DNA of 64,000 nucleotides. It comes from a bacterium (GTDB taxonomy: Bacteria; Patescibacteriota; Dojkabacteria; SC72; WJKH01). The notes under the pieces are model-generated. The model saw only the letters and a list, made by a program, of their open reading frames with translations. It did no database searches and had not been told where the DNA came from. Positions 7,749 to 17,921 of this stretch are shown in pieces. The stretch is from assembly GCA_029547225.1 (NCBI GenBank), contig JAKPPS010000024.1, positions 893 to 64,892 of the forward strand, written 5' to 3'. The translations under genes were made by a program, and so were the position numbers. Position 1 is the first letter of the stretch, and each line of letters opens with the position of its first letter.

Positions 7749-10688
7749 ATGTCAAAGTTTAAACCAGTCGAACAAAATGTTGATTTTATAAAATTGGAGA
7801 CCGAATTACTAGAAAAATGGAATAAAGAGGGAATATATAAGAAGTATTTGTCAAAGAATGATGGATCTGATAAGAAGTTTTCATTTATGGATGGACCAAT
7901 AACAGCAAACAACTTTATGGGTGTTCATCATGCTTGGGGACGAACATTAAAGGATATTTATCAAAAATTTTATAACCTAAAAGGATATGAGCAACGATTT
8001 CAAAATGGTTTTGATAATCAAGGTTTATGGGTCGAAGTAAGTGTCGAGAAAGAAAAGGGTTTTAAATCAAAAAAAGATATTGAGACGTATGGGATTGATA
8101 AATTTGTAGAAGATTGTAAAAAATCGACATATGATTGGTCACTTGTACAAAGAGATCAATCGATAAGGCTTGGTTATTTTATGGATTGGGAAAATAGCTA
8201 TTACACTATGTCAGAAGAGAACAACTATACTATTTGGCACTTTCTCAAGAAATGTAACGAAAAAGGTTATATTTATAAGGGACTTGATATACTCCCATGG
8301 TGCCCAAGATGTGGTACCGCAATCTCTCAGCACGAAATATTAACTGATGAGTATAAGGAGATGGAAGATGAAGCGGTATATTTCAAGCTTAAGATAGATG
8401 GTAGAAGTAATGAGTATTTACTTGTTTGGACAACAACTCCTTGGACTTTAGTCGCAAATGTGGCGGTTGCGGTTTCAGAAGAACTAGAATATTCAAAGGT
8501 TAAAGTTGGTGATGAGATTCTTTATGTTGCTACTTCTCGTGTTGACTCCGTAATCTCTGATGAACATACAGTAGAAGGTACTGTGATGGGTACAGAGCTT
8601 ATTGGTTTAACATATCAACCATTGTACACGCCTGAAGTAATTCCTGCCTTATCGGAATATAAAGCACCATATAAAGTTGTTTCCGGTGGTATGTATGTCG
8701 TTGTGTCAGATACTGAAGGTACTGGTATGGTGCATATTGCTCCAGGATGTGGAGCTGAGGATCACCAATTAGGTGAAAGTCTTGGTATGCCAAGTATTTC
8801 TCCCCTTGATGAGGCTGGAAAATACGTTGATGGTTATGGTTTTCTAACAGGTAAATTTGCTCACGATGTCAATCCAGATGTATTTGATTATTTGGAGAAA
8901 ATTGGTCGTTTATTTAAGAGTGAGAAATATAAGCACAGATATCCTAAATGTTGGAGATGTTCGACAAAACTAATATTTAGGTTGGCTGATGAGTGGTACA
9001 TTTCAATGAAGGATTTAAGATACGATATGATGGCAGTTACAAAGCAGATAAATTGGATTCCGTCATTTGGTATGGATCGTGAGCTAGAATGGCTCGAAAA
9101 TATGCATGACTGGTGTATTTCTAAGAAACGATATTGGGGCTTGGCTTTACCAATATGGGTGTGTAAGGATTGCGGAAATTTTGAAGTAATAGGCGGTCAG
9201 GAAGAATTAAAAGAGCGCGCAATAGAAGGTTGGGATAAGTTCGAAGGACATACTCCTCACAGACCTTATGTTGACGAGATAAAGATAAAATGCAGTAAAT
9301 GTGGTGGCGTTTCAGAAAGAGTTAAGGATGTCGGTAATCCGTGGCTTGATGCTGGAATTGTGCCATTCTCTACATTAAATTATACGACCAACAATGATAA
9401 TTGGAAGAAATGGTATCCTACAGATTTTGTTTGTGAATGCTTCCCGGGTCAATTTAAGAACTGGTTTTATTCCTTGATAGCTATGTCGACCGTACTTGAG
9501 GATAAACCACCATTTAGAAATCTGCTTGGTCATGAAATTGTTAAGGATGAACATGGTGAGGAGATGCATAAGTCCAAGGGAAATTCGATAGCCTTTGATG
9601 ATGCAGCAAATAAAGCTGGTGCGGATATACTTAGGTGGGCATATGTAAAACAAAATCCTACCAATCAGATGCTTTTCGGCTTCAAGTTGACTGAGGATTA
9701 TAAAAAGAATTTCTATCTCATACTTTGGAATATATATAAGTATTTTATTACTTATGCCGATTTAGCTAATTTCGAACCAACAAAAAATGATATAAGAGAA
9801 TTAGAGCTTACGATATTAGATAAATGGTTGTTATCAAGACTTAATACACTAATCAAAACAACCGATGAATATATGCTCAAATATGATCACACGGTTGTCA
9901 CTAAAGCTCTTGAGGAATTTATACTTGAACTTTCAACTTGGTATATTCGAAGAAGCCGAGATAGATTTGCTGATTTAGATAATGTTGCACTAAACATGCT
10001 TTACTACACTCTAAAAAGAGTAATAATTCTACTTTCGATATTTATGCCATTCATCTCTGAGGAGATGTATCAAAACATTGTAAAAAGTGTTGATTCTGAA
10101 TCAAAAGAAAGTGTTCATCTCGAGGACTTTCCTTTATTTGATGAAAAAAGTATTGATAGCAAAATGGAAGAACAGATGCAATCAATTAAACAGCTTTCAA
10201 GTCTTGGTCAATCAATAAGAGTTAGTAATGCATTAAAAATTAGGCAACCACTTTCTGAGATTCAGATAAAAGGTGTGAAGCTAGATCAGGAGTATCTTGA
10301 TATTCTACTTAACGAATTAAATATTAAGAAATGCTCTATTGTTGAAAATTTACCAGAAGGTGATAATTGGAAATCAGCAGATGATAATTTCATCTCAATT
10401 GCAATAGATGCTAATCTTACTGACGAGTTGAAGGCAGAAGGTTTTTTGCGAGAATTTATTAGATCAATTCAAAATGAGCGCAAAAAGAATGGTCTAATTG
10501 TCGGCGAATCTGTTTATGTCCATGCAAAGGGTTTTGATGAAAGTCAGAAGAAGATTATTTCTGAAAATATTGAAAGCATTAAATCTCAGGTTTATGCGAG
10601 TGAAGTCGATCTTACCGATAATAATGAAGAGAAAACCAATATTGACAATATAAAGGTTGTGACAATTACAAACAATCTAGCTAATTAA
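7749..10688 (+). CDS. ileS: isoleucine--tRNA ligase
   Basis: Class I aaRS of 979 aa. HIGH-type region PITANNFMGVHHAWGR, KMSKS-type HKSKGNS, four CxxC zinc knuckles (CPRCGT, CWRCST, CKDCGN, CSKCGG) and a CP1 editing-domain-sized insertion. Confidence 0.85.
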   Translation: MSKFKPVEQNVDFIKLETELLEKWNKEGIYKKYLSKNDGSDKKFSFMDGPITANNFMGVHHAWGRTLKDIYQKFYNLKGYEQRFQNGFDNQGLWVEVSVEKEKGFKSKKDIETYGIDKFVEDCKKSTYDWSLVQRDQSIRLGYFMDWENSYYTMSEENNYTIWHFLKKCNEKGYIYKGLDILPWCPRCGTAISQHEILTDEYKEMEDEAVYFKLKIDGRSNEYLLVWTTTPWTLVANVAVAVSEELEYSKVKVGDEILYVATSRVDSVISDEHTVEGTVMGTELIGLTYQPLYTPEVIPALSEYKAPYKVVSGGMYVVVSDTEGTGMVHIAPGCGAEDHQLGESLGMPSISPLDEAGKYVDGYGFLTGKFAHDVNPDVFDYLEKIGRLFKSEKYKHRYPKCWRCSTKLIFRLADEWYISMKDLRYDMMAVTKQINWIPSFGMDRELEWLENMHDWCISKKRYWGLALPIWVCKDCGNFEVIGGQEELKERAIEGWDKFEGHTPHRPYVDEIKIKCSKCGGVSERVKDVGNPWLDAGIVPFSTLNYTTNNDNWKKWYPTDFVCECFPGQFKNWFYSLIAMSTVLEDKPPFRNLLGHEIVKDEHGEEMHKSKGNSIAFDDAANKAGADILRWAYVKQNPTNQMLFGFKLTEDYKKNFYLILWNIYKYFITYADLANFEPTKNDIRELELTILDKWLLSRLNTLIKTTDEYMLKYDHTVVTKALEEFILELSTWYIRRSRDRFADLDNVALNMLYYTLKRVIILLSIFMPFISEEMYQNIVKSVDSESKESVHLEDFPLFDEKSIDSKMEEQMQSIKQLSSLGQSIRVSNALKIRQPLSEIQIKGVKLDQEYLDILLNELNIKKCSIVENLPEGDNWKSADDNFISIAIDANLTDELKAEGFLREFIRSIQNERKKNGLIVGESVYVHAKGFDESQKKIISENIESIKSQVYASEVDLTDNNEEKTNIDNIKVVTITNNLAN

Positions 10689-10690
10689 AT

Positions 10691-11971
10691 ATGAATAGAA
10701 ATAATGATTGGATTATAACCATTTCTGCAATTCTAACATCAATAATTGGATTGGTGGCCTTGCTTTCTACTTCGATAACAACAACTGGTGAAGTGTTATG
10801 GCAAGGAACGTTTCTGAAGCAAATAATATTTGTAGTTATTGGTTTAGTAATATACTGGGCAATCTCAAAGTTCGATTATACATATTTTAAGCATATTCAA
10901 GTTGCTGGAATAATATATATTGCTGTTTTACTTTTACTTATAATCACATTAATCTGGGGAACAACGGTTAATGCCGCGAAAAGATGGCTAGTTATCGCTG
11001 GATTTCAAATTCAGCCATCAGAATTTGCTAAGATAGCTATCATTATTCTAACAGCGAGTATATTGCAATTAAAAAATAGGTATAACCAATATTTGTTAGC
11101 AGGTATTTCATTTTTACCAGCTCTTTTGATGGCAATATTAATCTATGTACAGCCACATGGAAGTATGGCGATAATACTTATGGCTTTATGGTTTCTTACT
11201 GTTTTTACTTGTCTGGACAAACAGTTGTTTAATCTCCTTATCTCGATTTCAGCATTCGCGGTCTTTGCAGGTATTGTCGCAATATTCTTTAATCTGACTC
11301 TCTTTGGCGTGATAAGCTTGTTAGTCGGATTATTTGTAACAGTTTTAAATTTTGCTATTCATCAACGGTTTCGCAAATTTATAGTTATTGCTTTCGGGAT
11401 TATTGTTTCTGCAGGTTTGGTATTTGGAGTTCTCTGGAACAGTGTATTATGGAAGAGCGTAATTTTTCAACATCAGAAGGATAGAATAGTCGCGTTTATT
11501 AATCCAGAGGAAACTGCTAGTGCTGAAGGTTTCAATGTTGATCAGGCAAAAGTTGCAATTGGATCTGGTCAAATTTTTGGTAAAGGTTTCGGGTATGGTA
11601 CTCAGAGTAAATTACATTTTCTTCCTGAATTTCAGACAGACTTTATTTTCGCATCATACTGTGAAGAATTTGGACTTGTTGGTGCAATGATATTGCTTAT
11701 ATTACTGGCAACGCTAGTGTATCGGATACTTTATCATTCATTAAAATTGAAAGGCTCATTTGAAGCGTCTGTACTGCTCGTGTTAGGCCTCAAAATACTT
11801 ATTGAGATATTTATCAACATTGGTACAAATACGGGTATTATACCAGCTACAGGCATTCCTTTGCCATTGGTTAGTGCTGGTGGTAGTATAACTATAACAA
11901 CCTTCCTTGCATTAGGTATAATTCAGAGTATAATTAATGGTAAGGTTGACAATTCTTTAATATTAGATTAA
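10691..11971 (+). CDS. SEDS-family peptidoglycan polymerase (FtsW/RodA/SpoVE)
   Basis: About 10 TM helices, FQIQPSEFAKIAIII, and the C-terminal PATGIPLPLVSAGGS motif. Confidence 0.85.
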   Translation: MNRNNDWIITISAILTSIIGLVALLSTSITTTGEVLWQGTFLKQIIFVVIGLVIYWAISKFDYTYFKHIQVAGIIYIAVLLLLIITLIWGTTVNAAKRWLVIAGFQIQPSEFAKIAIIILTASILQLKNRYNQYLLAGISFLPALLMAILIYVQPHGSMAIILMALWFLTVFTCLDKQLFNLLISISAFAVFAGIVAIFFNLTLFGVISLLVGLFVTVLNFAIHQRFRKFIVIAFGIIVSAGLVFGVLWNSVLWKSVIFQHQKDRIVAFINPEETASAEGFNVDQAKVAIGSGQIFGKGFGYGTQSKLHFLPEFQTDFIFASYCEEFGLVGAMILLILLATLVYRILYHSLKLKGSFEASVLLVLGLKILIEIFINIGTNTGIIPATGIPLPLVSAGGSITITTFLALGIIQSIINGKVDNSLILD

Positions 11972-11973
11972 AA

Positions 11974-12303
11974 TTGCGCGTTATGGAGAACAAATATGCA
12001 GTTATAAAAATCGCTGGTGGTCAGCTTCTAGTTGAGGAAGGCCAAAAGTACGAGATTCAGAAAATATCTGGAAATGTCGGTGATATTATCGTTAATGAGG
12101 AAGTATTATTGATCGTTGACGGTGATAAAGTCGAAGTTGGTAAGCCAAACATCAAAGGTGCAAAGGTGGAGATGCTTTTTGTAGAAGCTAAGAAAGGTGA
12201 TAAAATTGAGGGCTTCAAATATAAAGCAAAAGCACGTTATCAAAAACACTTTGGTTCTAGGCAATCATTATCAATAGTGGAAATTAAAAAGATTTCATAC
12301 TAA
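11974..12303 (+). CDS. rplU: 50S ribosomal protein L21
   Basis: YAVIKIAGGQLLVEEGQ start and a KGDKIEGFKYKAKARYQKHFGSRQ C-terminus. The likely ATG start is at 11983. Confidence 0.9.
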   Translation: MRVMENKYAVIKIAGGQLLVEEGQKYEIQKISGNVGDIIVNEEVLLIVDGDKVEVGKPNIKGAKVEMLFVEAKKGDKIEGFKYKAKARYQKHFGSRQSLSIVEIKKISY

Positions 12304-12312
12304 TATATTTAC

Positions 12313-13449
12313 ATGAAGTATTTTTTTCAGCCCGGACGCATGTCCGATCTTGCTTGGGCAGAGTTATGCTCTGTTGTATCAAACTTTGCACCTGGCGTTG
12401 TTGTAAAGCGATTAAATGGTCGTATTTTTTTTGTAGATATTACTTCTGGAACGATAGATATTATTAAGATTTTTCAACGATTGGGTGGTTTTATTAGGGT
12501 AGGTGAGATGATCGAAAACCTAGATCTTTTTCTTGAGTATTTCAATCAAAAAAATATTACTTTTGGAGTGTCACCAGATATTTATGGTCAAGGGAATTAC
12601 ATTGAAGTCGCAAACGAAGTAAAAGACTTTTTTAAAGAAAAGGGAGTTAGCTCAAGATATATTATTACTGAAAATACCGCTTCAGTGATTCATAATAATC
12701 TTATAGATGATGGTTTTGAACTCTTAGTGTTGGATCTGGGTAAGGATATGGTATTGGGTCGTACTTTAGCCGTACAAGATATTGAAGAGTATGCAGTAAG
12801 AGATTTTGATAGACCGAATATCGATAAAAAAATGGGTATGCTACCTCCGAAACTTGCTCGAATCATGGTGAACCTTTTGGGTATGCCTGATGAAGGTACA
12901 GTATGGGATCCCTTTTGTGGCTCTGGAACAATACTTACTGAAGCTTTGACTTTAGGATATAGCGTTTTAGGTTCAGATATCGATAAGAAAGCTATTAGAA
13001 ATAGTAATGCAAATATTGAGTGGACTTTGGAAAGGATAAAATTTAATAATCAGAGGTATCGTACATTTATTTTTGATATCCTAGATCCTGATCGTGCTAT
13101 GATCAAGACACTTAGCAAAACACAGATAGATGGTGTTGCTTTTGAACCATTTATGGGTCCTCCTCAAAGAAATATTGTTAAAATCGGGAGAGCTCAAGAA
13201 TTAATCATGGGTGTTAGTGATCAATTAAAAGCTTTTGTTGAGCTCACTCGAGGTATAAATCTTAGAGGTAAAAAGGTTGTATTTGTTAATCCATCATATA
13301 AATCAGAATCTGGTTGGGTTTCATTGAGATTAAACCAGATAATTCCTAAATCATGGTATCGGTCTTTTAGCAATGAAAAGCTTGAATTGTATTGGGAAAG
13401 ACCACATAGCATAATTCGTAGAAATATTTTGATTTATACGGTAAAGTAG
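12313..13449 (+). CDS. putative RNA methyltransferase (UPF0020/Trm11/RlmL-like class I SAM MTase)
   Basis: LPPKLARIMVNLLG...VWDPFCGSGTILTEA (SAM motif I), SDID (motif II) and FEPFMGPP (a DPPY-like motif IV). Confidence 0.6.
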   Translation: MKYFFQPGRMSDLAWAELCSVVSNFAPGVVVKRLNGRIFFVDITSGTIDIIKIFQRLGGFIRVGEMIENLDLFLEYFNQKNITFGVSPDIYGQGNYIEVANEVKDFFKEKGVSSRYIITENTASVIHNNLIDDGFELLVLDLGKDMVLGRTLAVQDIEEYAVRDFDRPNIDKKMGMLPPKLARIMVNLLGMPDEGTVWDPFCGSGTILTEALTLGYSVLGSDIDKKAIRNSNANIEWTLERIKFNNQRYRTFIFDILDPDRAMIKTLSKTQIDGVAFEPFMGPPQRNIVKIGRAQELIMGVSDQLKAFVELTRGINLRGKKVVFVNPSYKSESGWVSLRLNQIIPKSWYRSFSNEKLELYWERPHSIIRRNILIYTVK

Positions 13450-13555
13450 TATATAATACTTGGCAACCTGTGTTTATTCGATGATTAAGAAATGAGTGAA
13501 GTTAAGTTGTCGTGTTAACACAATTATCATAAAATAAGTTAGTTACTAAAAAAAT

Positions 13556-13954
13556 ATGTCACATGTTAAAGCTGGTGGTGCAGTATCACAAACAAAAAAT
13601 ATGGTCGGTAAGAGACTTGGCGTTAAGAAATTTGAAGGCCAACTTGTTACCAACGGTACAATTCTAGTCAGACAAAGAGGTTCAGTCTTCCATGCAGGTA
13701 AAAACACCAAACTCGATAGAAAATATTCAATTTATGCTGTTGTTGACGGTATTGTAAAGTATCGAAGAATGTCTGGCGATAAGCGAGCAAATTACTATGT
13801 TGATGTTATCCCTGCAGCACAATCTGAAACAAAACCAGAAGCAAAAAAAGTAAAAGCTGAAGTCGAAGTGAAGAAACCAACAGTATCAAAGGCAAAAAAG
13901 AGTGAGACAAAGTCAACTACAACTAAAAAAGCTAAAGTAGCTTCAAAGAAGTAG
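13556..13954 (+). CDS. rpmA: 50S ribosomal protein L27 with a lysine-rich C-terminal extension
   Basis: The MSHVKAGGAVSQTKN...KRLGVKKFEGQ...ILVRQRGSVFHAGKN core is followed by a K/A/E/T-rich tail of about 45 aa; 132 aa in total. Confidence 0.9.
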   Translation: MSHVKAGGAVSQTKNMVGKRLGVKKFEGQLVTNGTILVRQRGSVFHAGKNTKLDRKYSIYAVVDGIVKYRRMSGDKRANYYVDVIPAAQSETKPEAKKVKAEVEVKKPTVSKAKKSETKSTTTKKAKVASKK

Positions 13955-14209
13955 TTTTTTGTATCCATGCGCTTTCTTATAAGCGATATTGTACCATTGC
14001 AATAAAATCCGTCACTGTGTAATCATCTTATTCACGCGTTCTTGAAATAATCGGTTAATCGATGAATATCAATTTTTCTATAGCCATTATTGAAAACTCC
14101 AAAAGTGATTGTGGTAATTTCTCAGATAAATGCACGGTTTGTAATGGTGATGGATAATTTTGAAAAAATACGCATGGTTATAAAAATTATTAAGTTAAAA
14201 AGTTAAAAG

Positions 14210-14237
14210 TTACAGTTTGATTATTTTGTAGTATAAT
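14210..14237 (+). promoter_or_regulatory. candidate sigma70-type promoter for the SpoU/TrmH gene
   Basis: TTACAG, a 16-nt spacer, then TATAAT, about 28 nt upstream of the ATG at 14265. Sequence pattern only. Confidence 0.35.
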
Positions 14238-14264
14238 TAGATATTAAAATTAAGGTGTATTGAT

Positions 14265-15020
14265 ATGAAAGACAGATTTGTCCAGATTGAGAGTAAAAAT
14301 GCAGTTCTTGAGATGTTAAAAGAGGGTAGAGTAGTAAAGCGAATTTTTATGGCACGCAATGCTTATAAAGATCCTAAAACATTAGAAATACTCAATATCG
14401 CGCAGAAAAAGGGTATCAATGTTGAAGTTGTAGCTCGAAGACAATTAGATCACAAACTTAAGGGTGGTAGTAAAGAAAGTCTTATTGCTTGGGTCGAGCC
14501 ATTGAATAGAATTTCTTTAGATCAGATGCTTGATAATATCTACAAGAGTGGTGATGATCCCTTCATATTAATCTTTGATGATGTTAAATATGCTCAGAAT
14601 ATCGGTGCTATTATGCGTACTGGTTTCGCGGCATATGTTAATGGTGTTATCTCTCCTATCAAGAAAGATGCATTTATAAATGATGAGATTATTCGAATTT
14701 CTATGGGAGCTTGTGAAAGGATTCCTATGATTGAAATGAACTTGTTTACTGCCATCAAAGAAATGCAAGATAATGGTATAAAGGTCTGTGCTTTAGATAT
14801 GGAGGGAGAACCTTATTTCGATGCAGACTTAACCGGACCAGTAGCTTTTATACTTGGTGCTGAGGATACTGGTGTTTCTAACAAGATTATGGAACGTGTT
14901 GATACAAGATTATCTATACCTATGAAAGAAGGAATTGGCTCACTAAACGTAAGTGCTAGTGCAGCTATCGTAATGTTTGAGAAAATCAGGCAAGAAGTAT
15001 TCAAGAATAGGGCAAAGTAA
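14265..15020 (+). CDS. SpoU/TrmH-family RNA 2'-O-methyltransferase (RlmB-like)
   Basis: LIFDDVKYAQNIGAIMRTG, FILGAEDTGVS and IPMKEGIGSLNVSASAAIVMFE are the three SPOUT motifs. Confidence 0.85.
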   Translation: MKDRFVQIESKNAVLEMLKEGRVVKRIFMARNAYKDPKTLEILNIAQKKGINVEVVARRQLDHKLKGGSKESLIAWVEPLNRISLDQMLDNIYKSGDDPFILIFDDVKYAQNIGAIMRTGFAAYVNGVISPIKKDAFINDEIIRISMGACERIPMIEMNLFTAIKEMQDNGIKVCALDMEGEPYFDADLTGPVAFILGAEDTGVSNKIMERVDTRLSIPMKEGIGSLNVSASAAIVMFEKIRQEVFKNRAK

Positions 15021-15108
15021 TAATTCTGCTTGTGAGCTGAATTAATCTGATAGAGGCACTTTTCTCGTAAATGCTGGGAAGTTTTACTGGATTGATTACG
15101 GAATCTAT

Positions 15109-15966
15109 TTAAACCAACTTTCCCATTATATCCTTAAACTCTTTGTCGTTAAGAAATCTAATTACAATTTTGCCACCTGTATTTAATTTCACTACATTGG
15201 CTGTATAACCGATTTTCTTTGAGAATTTTGAAATGATATCCTTATCTTCCTGGCTTAATAAATCAATAGATTTCTTTGCTGTCGGCTTTCCAAAATTGAT
15301 TTTACGGACTAAATCTTCAGTTTCTCTAACGCTCAATCCTCTTTTCACAACAATTTTTGCAGTAGCTATTGCTGATGAGATATCTGTTAGCCCAAGCAAA
15401 GCTCTGGCATGTCCTTCAGAGAGTTCATTGTTTAAGACCATAGACTTTACCTCATCGCTGTGCGCAAGTATCCTAATCTTGTTTGTGATTGCGACACGGC
15501 TCATGCCTACTTTTTTTGATATTATCTCGTGTGTTAATCCAAATTCATCTTGTAATTGTTTAAAAGCTAAGCCTTCCTCGATTGGATTTAGATCCTTTCT
15601 CTGTATATTTTCGATGAGGGCGAGCTCCAACATTTCTAGTGGTGAAGTATCTTTTATTACGACTGGTACTGTTTTGAATCCGGCAAGTTGAGCGGCTCTA
15701 AAACGCCTCTCTCCAGCAATAAGAAAATATTTATCGTTATTATTTTTATCAGCCGTGATGATCAAAGGTTGGATAATTCCATGTTCTCTTATCGAATCAG
15801 ATAATTCTATTAACTCATCTGGACTTATATTCATACGAGGTTGGTAAGGGTTAGCAGATATTTTTTCAATATCGAATTTTTCTATGTATGAAGAGCTATT
15901 TGCATAGCTGTCTGTGCTAATAAGAGCAGATAAACCTTTACCGAGTCGATTTGTTTCTTGATTCAT
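15109..15966 (-). CDS. parB: chromosome partitioning protein ParB
   Basis: NPYQPR, GIIQPLII and LIAGERRFRAAQLAG ParB-box motifs, followed by an HTH. Confidence 0.93.
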   Translation of the reverse strand: MNQETNRLGKGLSALISTDSYANSSSYIEKFDIEKISANPYQPRMNISPDELIELSDSIREHGIIQPLIITADKNNNDKYFLIAGERRFRAAQLAGFKTVPVVIKDTSPLEMLELALIENIQRKDLNPIEEGLAFKQLQDEFGLTHEIISKKVGMSRVAITNKIRILAHSDEVKSMVLNNELSEGHARALLGLTDISSAIATAKIVVKRGLSVRETEDLVRKINFGKPTAKKSIDLLSQEDKDIISKFSKKIGYTANVVKLNTGGKIVIRFLNDKEFKDIMGKLV

Positions 15967-15983
15967 AGTTATTGCTATACAAA

Positions 15984-16775
15984 TTAATTAAATCGTTCAA
16001 TAAACTCTTCTGCAAGCCGTTTATATGCTAAAGCACCAGTTGATTTTGGATCATATTCCTCTATAGTTTTACCGTGTGAAGGAGCCTCAGATAATCGAAC
16101 ATTGCGAGGAACTATTGTCGTAAAAACCTTTTCTTTGAAAAATTCTTTAACATCATTTACAACCTGTTCTGCAAGCTTGGTACGGCTATCAAACATTGTA
16201 AGTATTATCCCTCCGATTGCGAGTTTTGGATTGATTCCTTTTATCAGATCTACAGTTCTCAGTAATTGGCCAAGACCTTCAAGAGCGAAGTATTCACACT
16301 GGATTGGTACGATTAAGTAATCTGATGCATTTAATGCGTTTATTGTTAATAAACCTAGAGAAGGAGGGCAATCAATTATCACATAATCTATTTGCTGATT
16401 AAAATTCTCAAGAGCTTTTTTAAGCAATGTCTCTCGAGCGAGTACATTTACCATTTCAATTTCAGCACCTGCAAGCGAAAGATTTGATGGTATAAGAAAA
16501 AGGTTAGGTGTGTTTGTTGATACAAAAACCTGAGAAATTGGATCATTGTTGATAAGCACATCATATATGCTTTTATAGGGAGATGGCTGATTCTCGTCCC
16601 AACTGTCTGCTTTAAAAGCTTTTGTAAATCCAACCCCTGATGAAAGATTTGCCTGAGGATCAAGATCTACAAGTAATACTTTTTTACCTGTCAATGCGAG
16701 ATTAGCGCCTAAGTTCATAGCTGTAGTCGTTTTACCGACTCCACCTTTTTGATTAGCTATTACAAAAATCTTCAT
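15984..16775 (-). CDS. parA: chromosome partitioning ATPase ParA/Soj
   Basis: Deviant Walker A NQKGGVGKTTTA, VLLVDLDPQAN and IIDCPPSLG. Confidence 0.95.
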   Translation of the reverse strand: MKIFVIANQKGGVGKTTTAMNLGANLALTGKKVLLVDLDPQANLSSGVGFTKAFKADSWDENQPSPYKSIYDVLINNDPISQVFVSTNTPNLFLIPSNLSLAGAEIEMVNVLARETLLKKALENFNQQIDYVIIDCPPSLGLLTINALNASDYLIVPIQCEYFALEGLGQLLRTVDLIKGINPKLAIGGIILTMFDSRTKLAEQVVNDVKEFFKEKVFTTIVPRNVRLSEAPSHGKTIEEYDPKSTGALAYKRLAEEFIERFN

Positions 16776-16784
16776 ATTATTATT

Positions 16785-17423
16785 TTACTGATATTTTGCG
16801 TGTTCTACAAGTCGCAAATCGGAGAATGGATAATATACTAACCAAGCCTTACCTTTGAGTAAATCGAGGCTTATTGGTCCGAAGTTTCTTGAATCACTAC
16901 TATTGGGCCTATTATCACCACATACAAATATTTTCCCGTCTGGAACGGTAATAGACTGACCTTCTTTGAGATAGTCATCACCATTTGTATATACAGATGA
17001 TTTAAGATATTCACTTTCGTCAAGCACATTGCCATTAAGTACTAATTTACCATCTTGAATAGCTACTGTATCGCCAGGCAGCCCGATTACTCTTTTAATA
17101 TAATCTTCTGTCTCAGAATGTTTAAAAATAATCACATCACCACGATTAGGTAATTTGGTCTTGTAGATAACTTTATTTGCGATCAAATATTCTCCATTGG
17201 CAAAATTTGGATCCATAGAATGGCCTATTACTTCGTGAGGTGAAAGTAAAAAAAGATATACTACTACAGCTAATGCTAATGCAACAACTAGTACTTCAAT
17301 CAGAAAATAGAGTACACCTCCAACAGCACCAAAAAATGATAATGTCCTTTTAATACCTTTTGGCTCACTCTGACCTTGTAAATCGTACATATTTTTGGCA
17401 GTTAAATTAGCTTTCCAATTCAA
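16785..17423 (-). CDS. lepB: signal peptidase I
   Basis: TM anchor, GHSMDPNF (catalytic Ser), IKRVIGLPGD (catalytic Lys box) and GDNRPNSSDSR. Confidence 0.9.
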   Translation of the reverse strand: MNWKANLTAKNMYDLQGQSEPKGIKRTLSFFGAVGGVLYFLIEVLVVALALAVVVYLFLLSPHEVIGHSMDPNFANGEYLIANKVIYKTKLPNRGDVIIFKHSETEDYIKRVIGLPGDTVAIQDGKLVLNGNVLDESEYLKSSVYTNGDDYLKEGQSITVPDGKIFVCGDNRPNSSDSRNFGPISLDLLKGKAWLVYYPFSDLRLVEHAKYQ

Positions 17424-17529
17424 TAATTAACCACTTTATAAATATATTTAAAAAATATGGATTTCTATAAAAAGTAATAAATAATCCAATATTTTTTAAA
17501 TTAAAGCAGTTATGATTATTAATAAAAAA

Positions 17530-17601
17530 TACCGCTACAGGGAATCGAACCCTGGTTTACAGGATGAAAACCTGTTATCCTAACCCCTAGATGATAGCGG
17601 C
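17530..17601 (-). tRNA. tRNA-Glu (anticodon UUC)
   Basis: Hand-folded cloverleaf: acceptor GCCGCTA/TAGCGGT (G1-U72 wobble), anticodon stem ACAGG/CCTGT with loop TTTTCAT, T arm CAGGG-TTCGATT-CCCTG. CCA is not encoded. Confidence 0.9.
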
Positions 17602-17617
17602 TTACTAACTAAGTATT

Positions 17618-17854
17618 TTACCTTATTTTCTTCTTTTTGTTAATATACTCTTGATCTTCTTCTAAAGTGGCTCTACGATAGCTATTAAGCTCTCGATCCA
17701 GTATAAATCTTCTACCGCATTTACATTGAACTATGGTCCTTTTGTCATCAAGTATCTCTCTTTTATTAGCTTTATCAAGTGGGTGAGTGCATCCAACACA
17801 TAATCTTCGCTCGATTAAGATTTTTTGAAATGGAGCGATTAATTTTTTAACCAT
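17618..17854 (-). CDS. small zinc-ribbon protein (hypothetical)
   Basis: 78 aa with CVGC...CKCGRRF cysteine pairs and a basic C-terminus. It lies between two tRNA genes. Confidence 0.45.
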   Translation of the reverse strand: MVKKLIAPFQKILIERRLCVGCTHPLDKANKREILDDKRTIVQCKCGRRFILDRELNSYRRATLEEDQEYINKKKKIR

Positions 17855-17921
17855 AAAAAATTAATTAAATTTATTTGATATTTAGCAAAACATAATATTA
17901 TCCTATGAAATATGCTAAATA

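Noticed and set aside
13955-14209. Short matches to the repeat boxes: GTATCCATGCGC, and AATGGTGATGGATA resembling CATGGATGGTGATGGATA.
   Set aside because: The two matches are in mutually inconsistent orientations and have the wrong spacing relative to the four-box element. They are probably chance matches.
15021-17423. parS sites (TGTTTCACGTGAAACA-like) or DnaA boxes near parA-parB that would mark an origin of replication.
   Set aside because: I found no convincing match by eye in or around the parAB-lepB region, so an origin cannot be claimed from this window.
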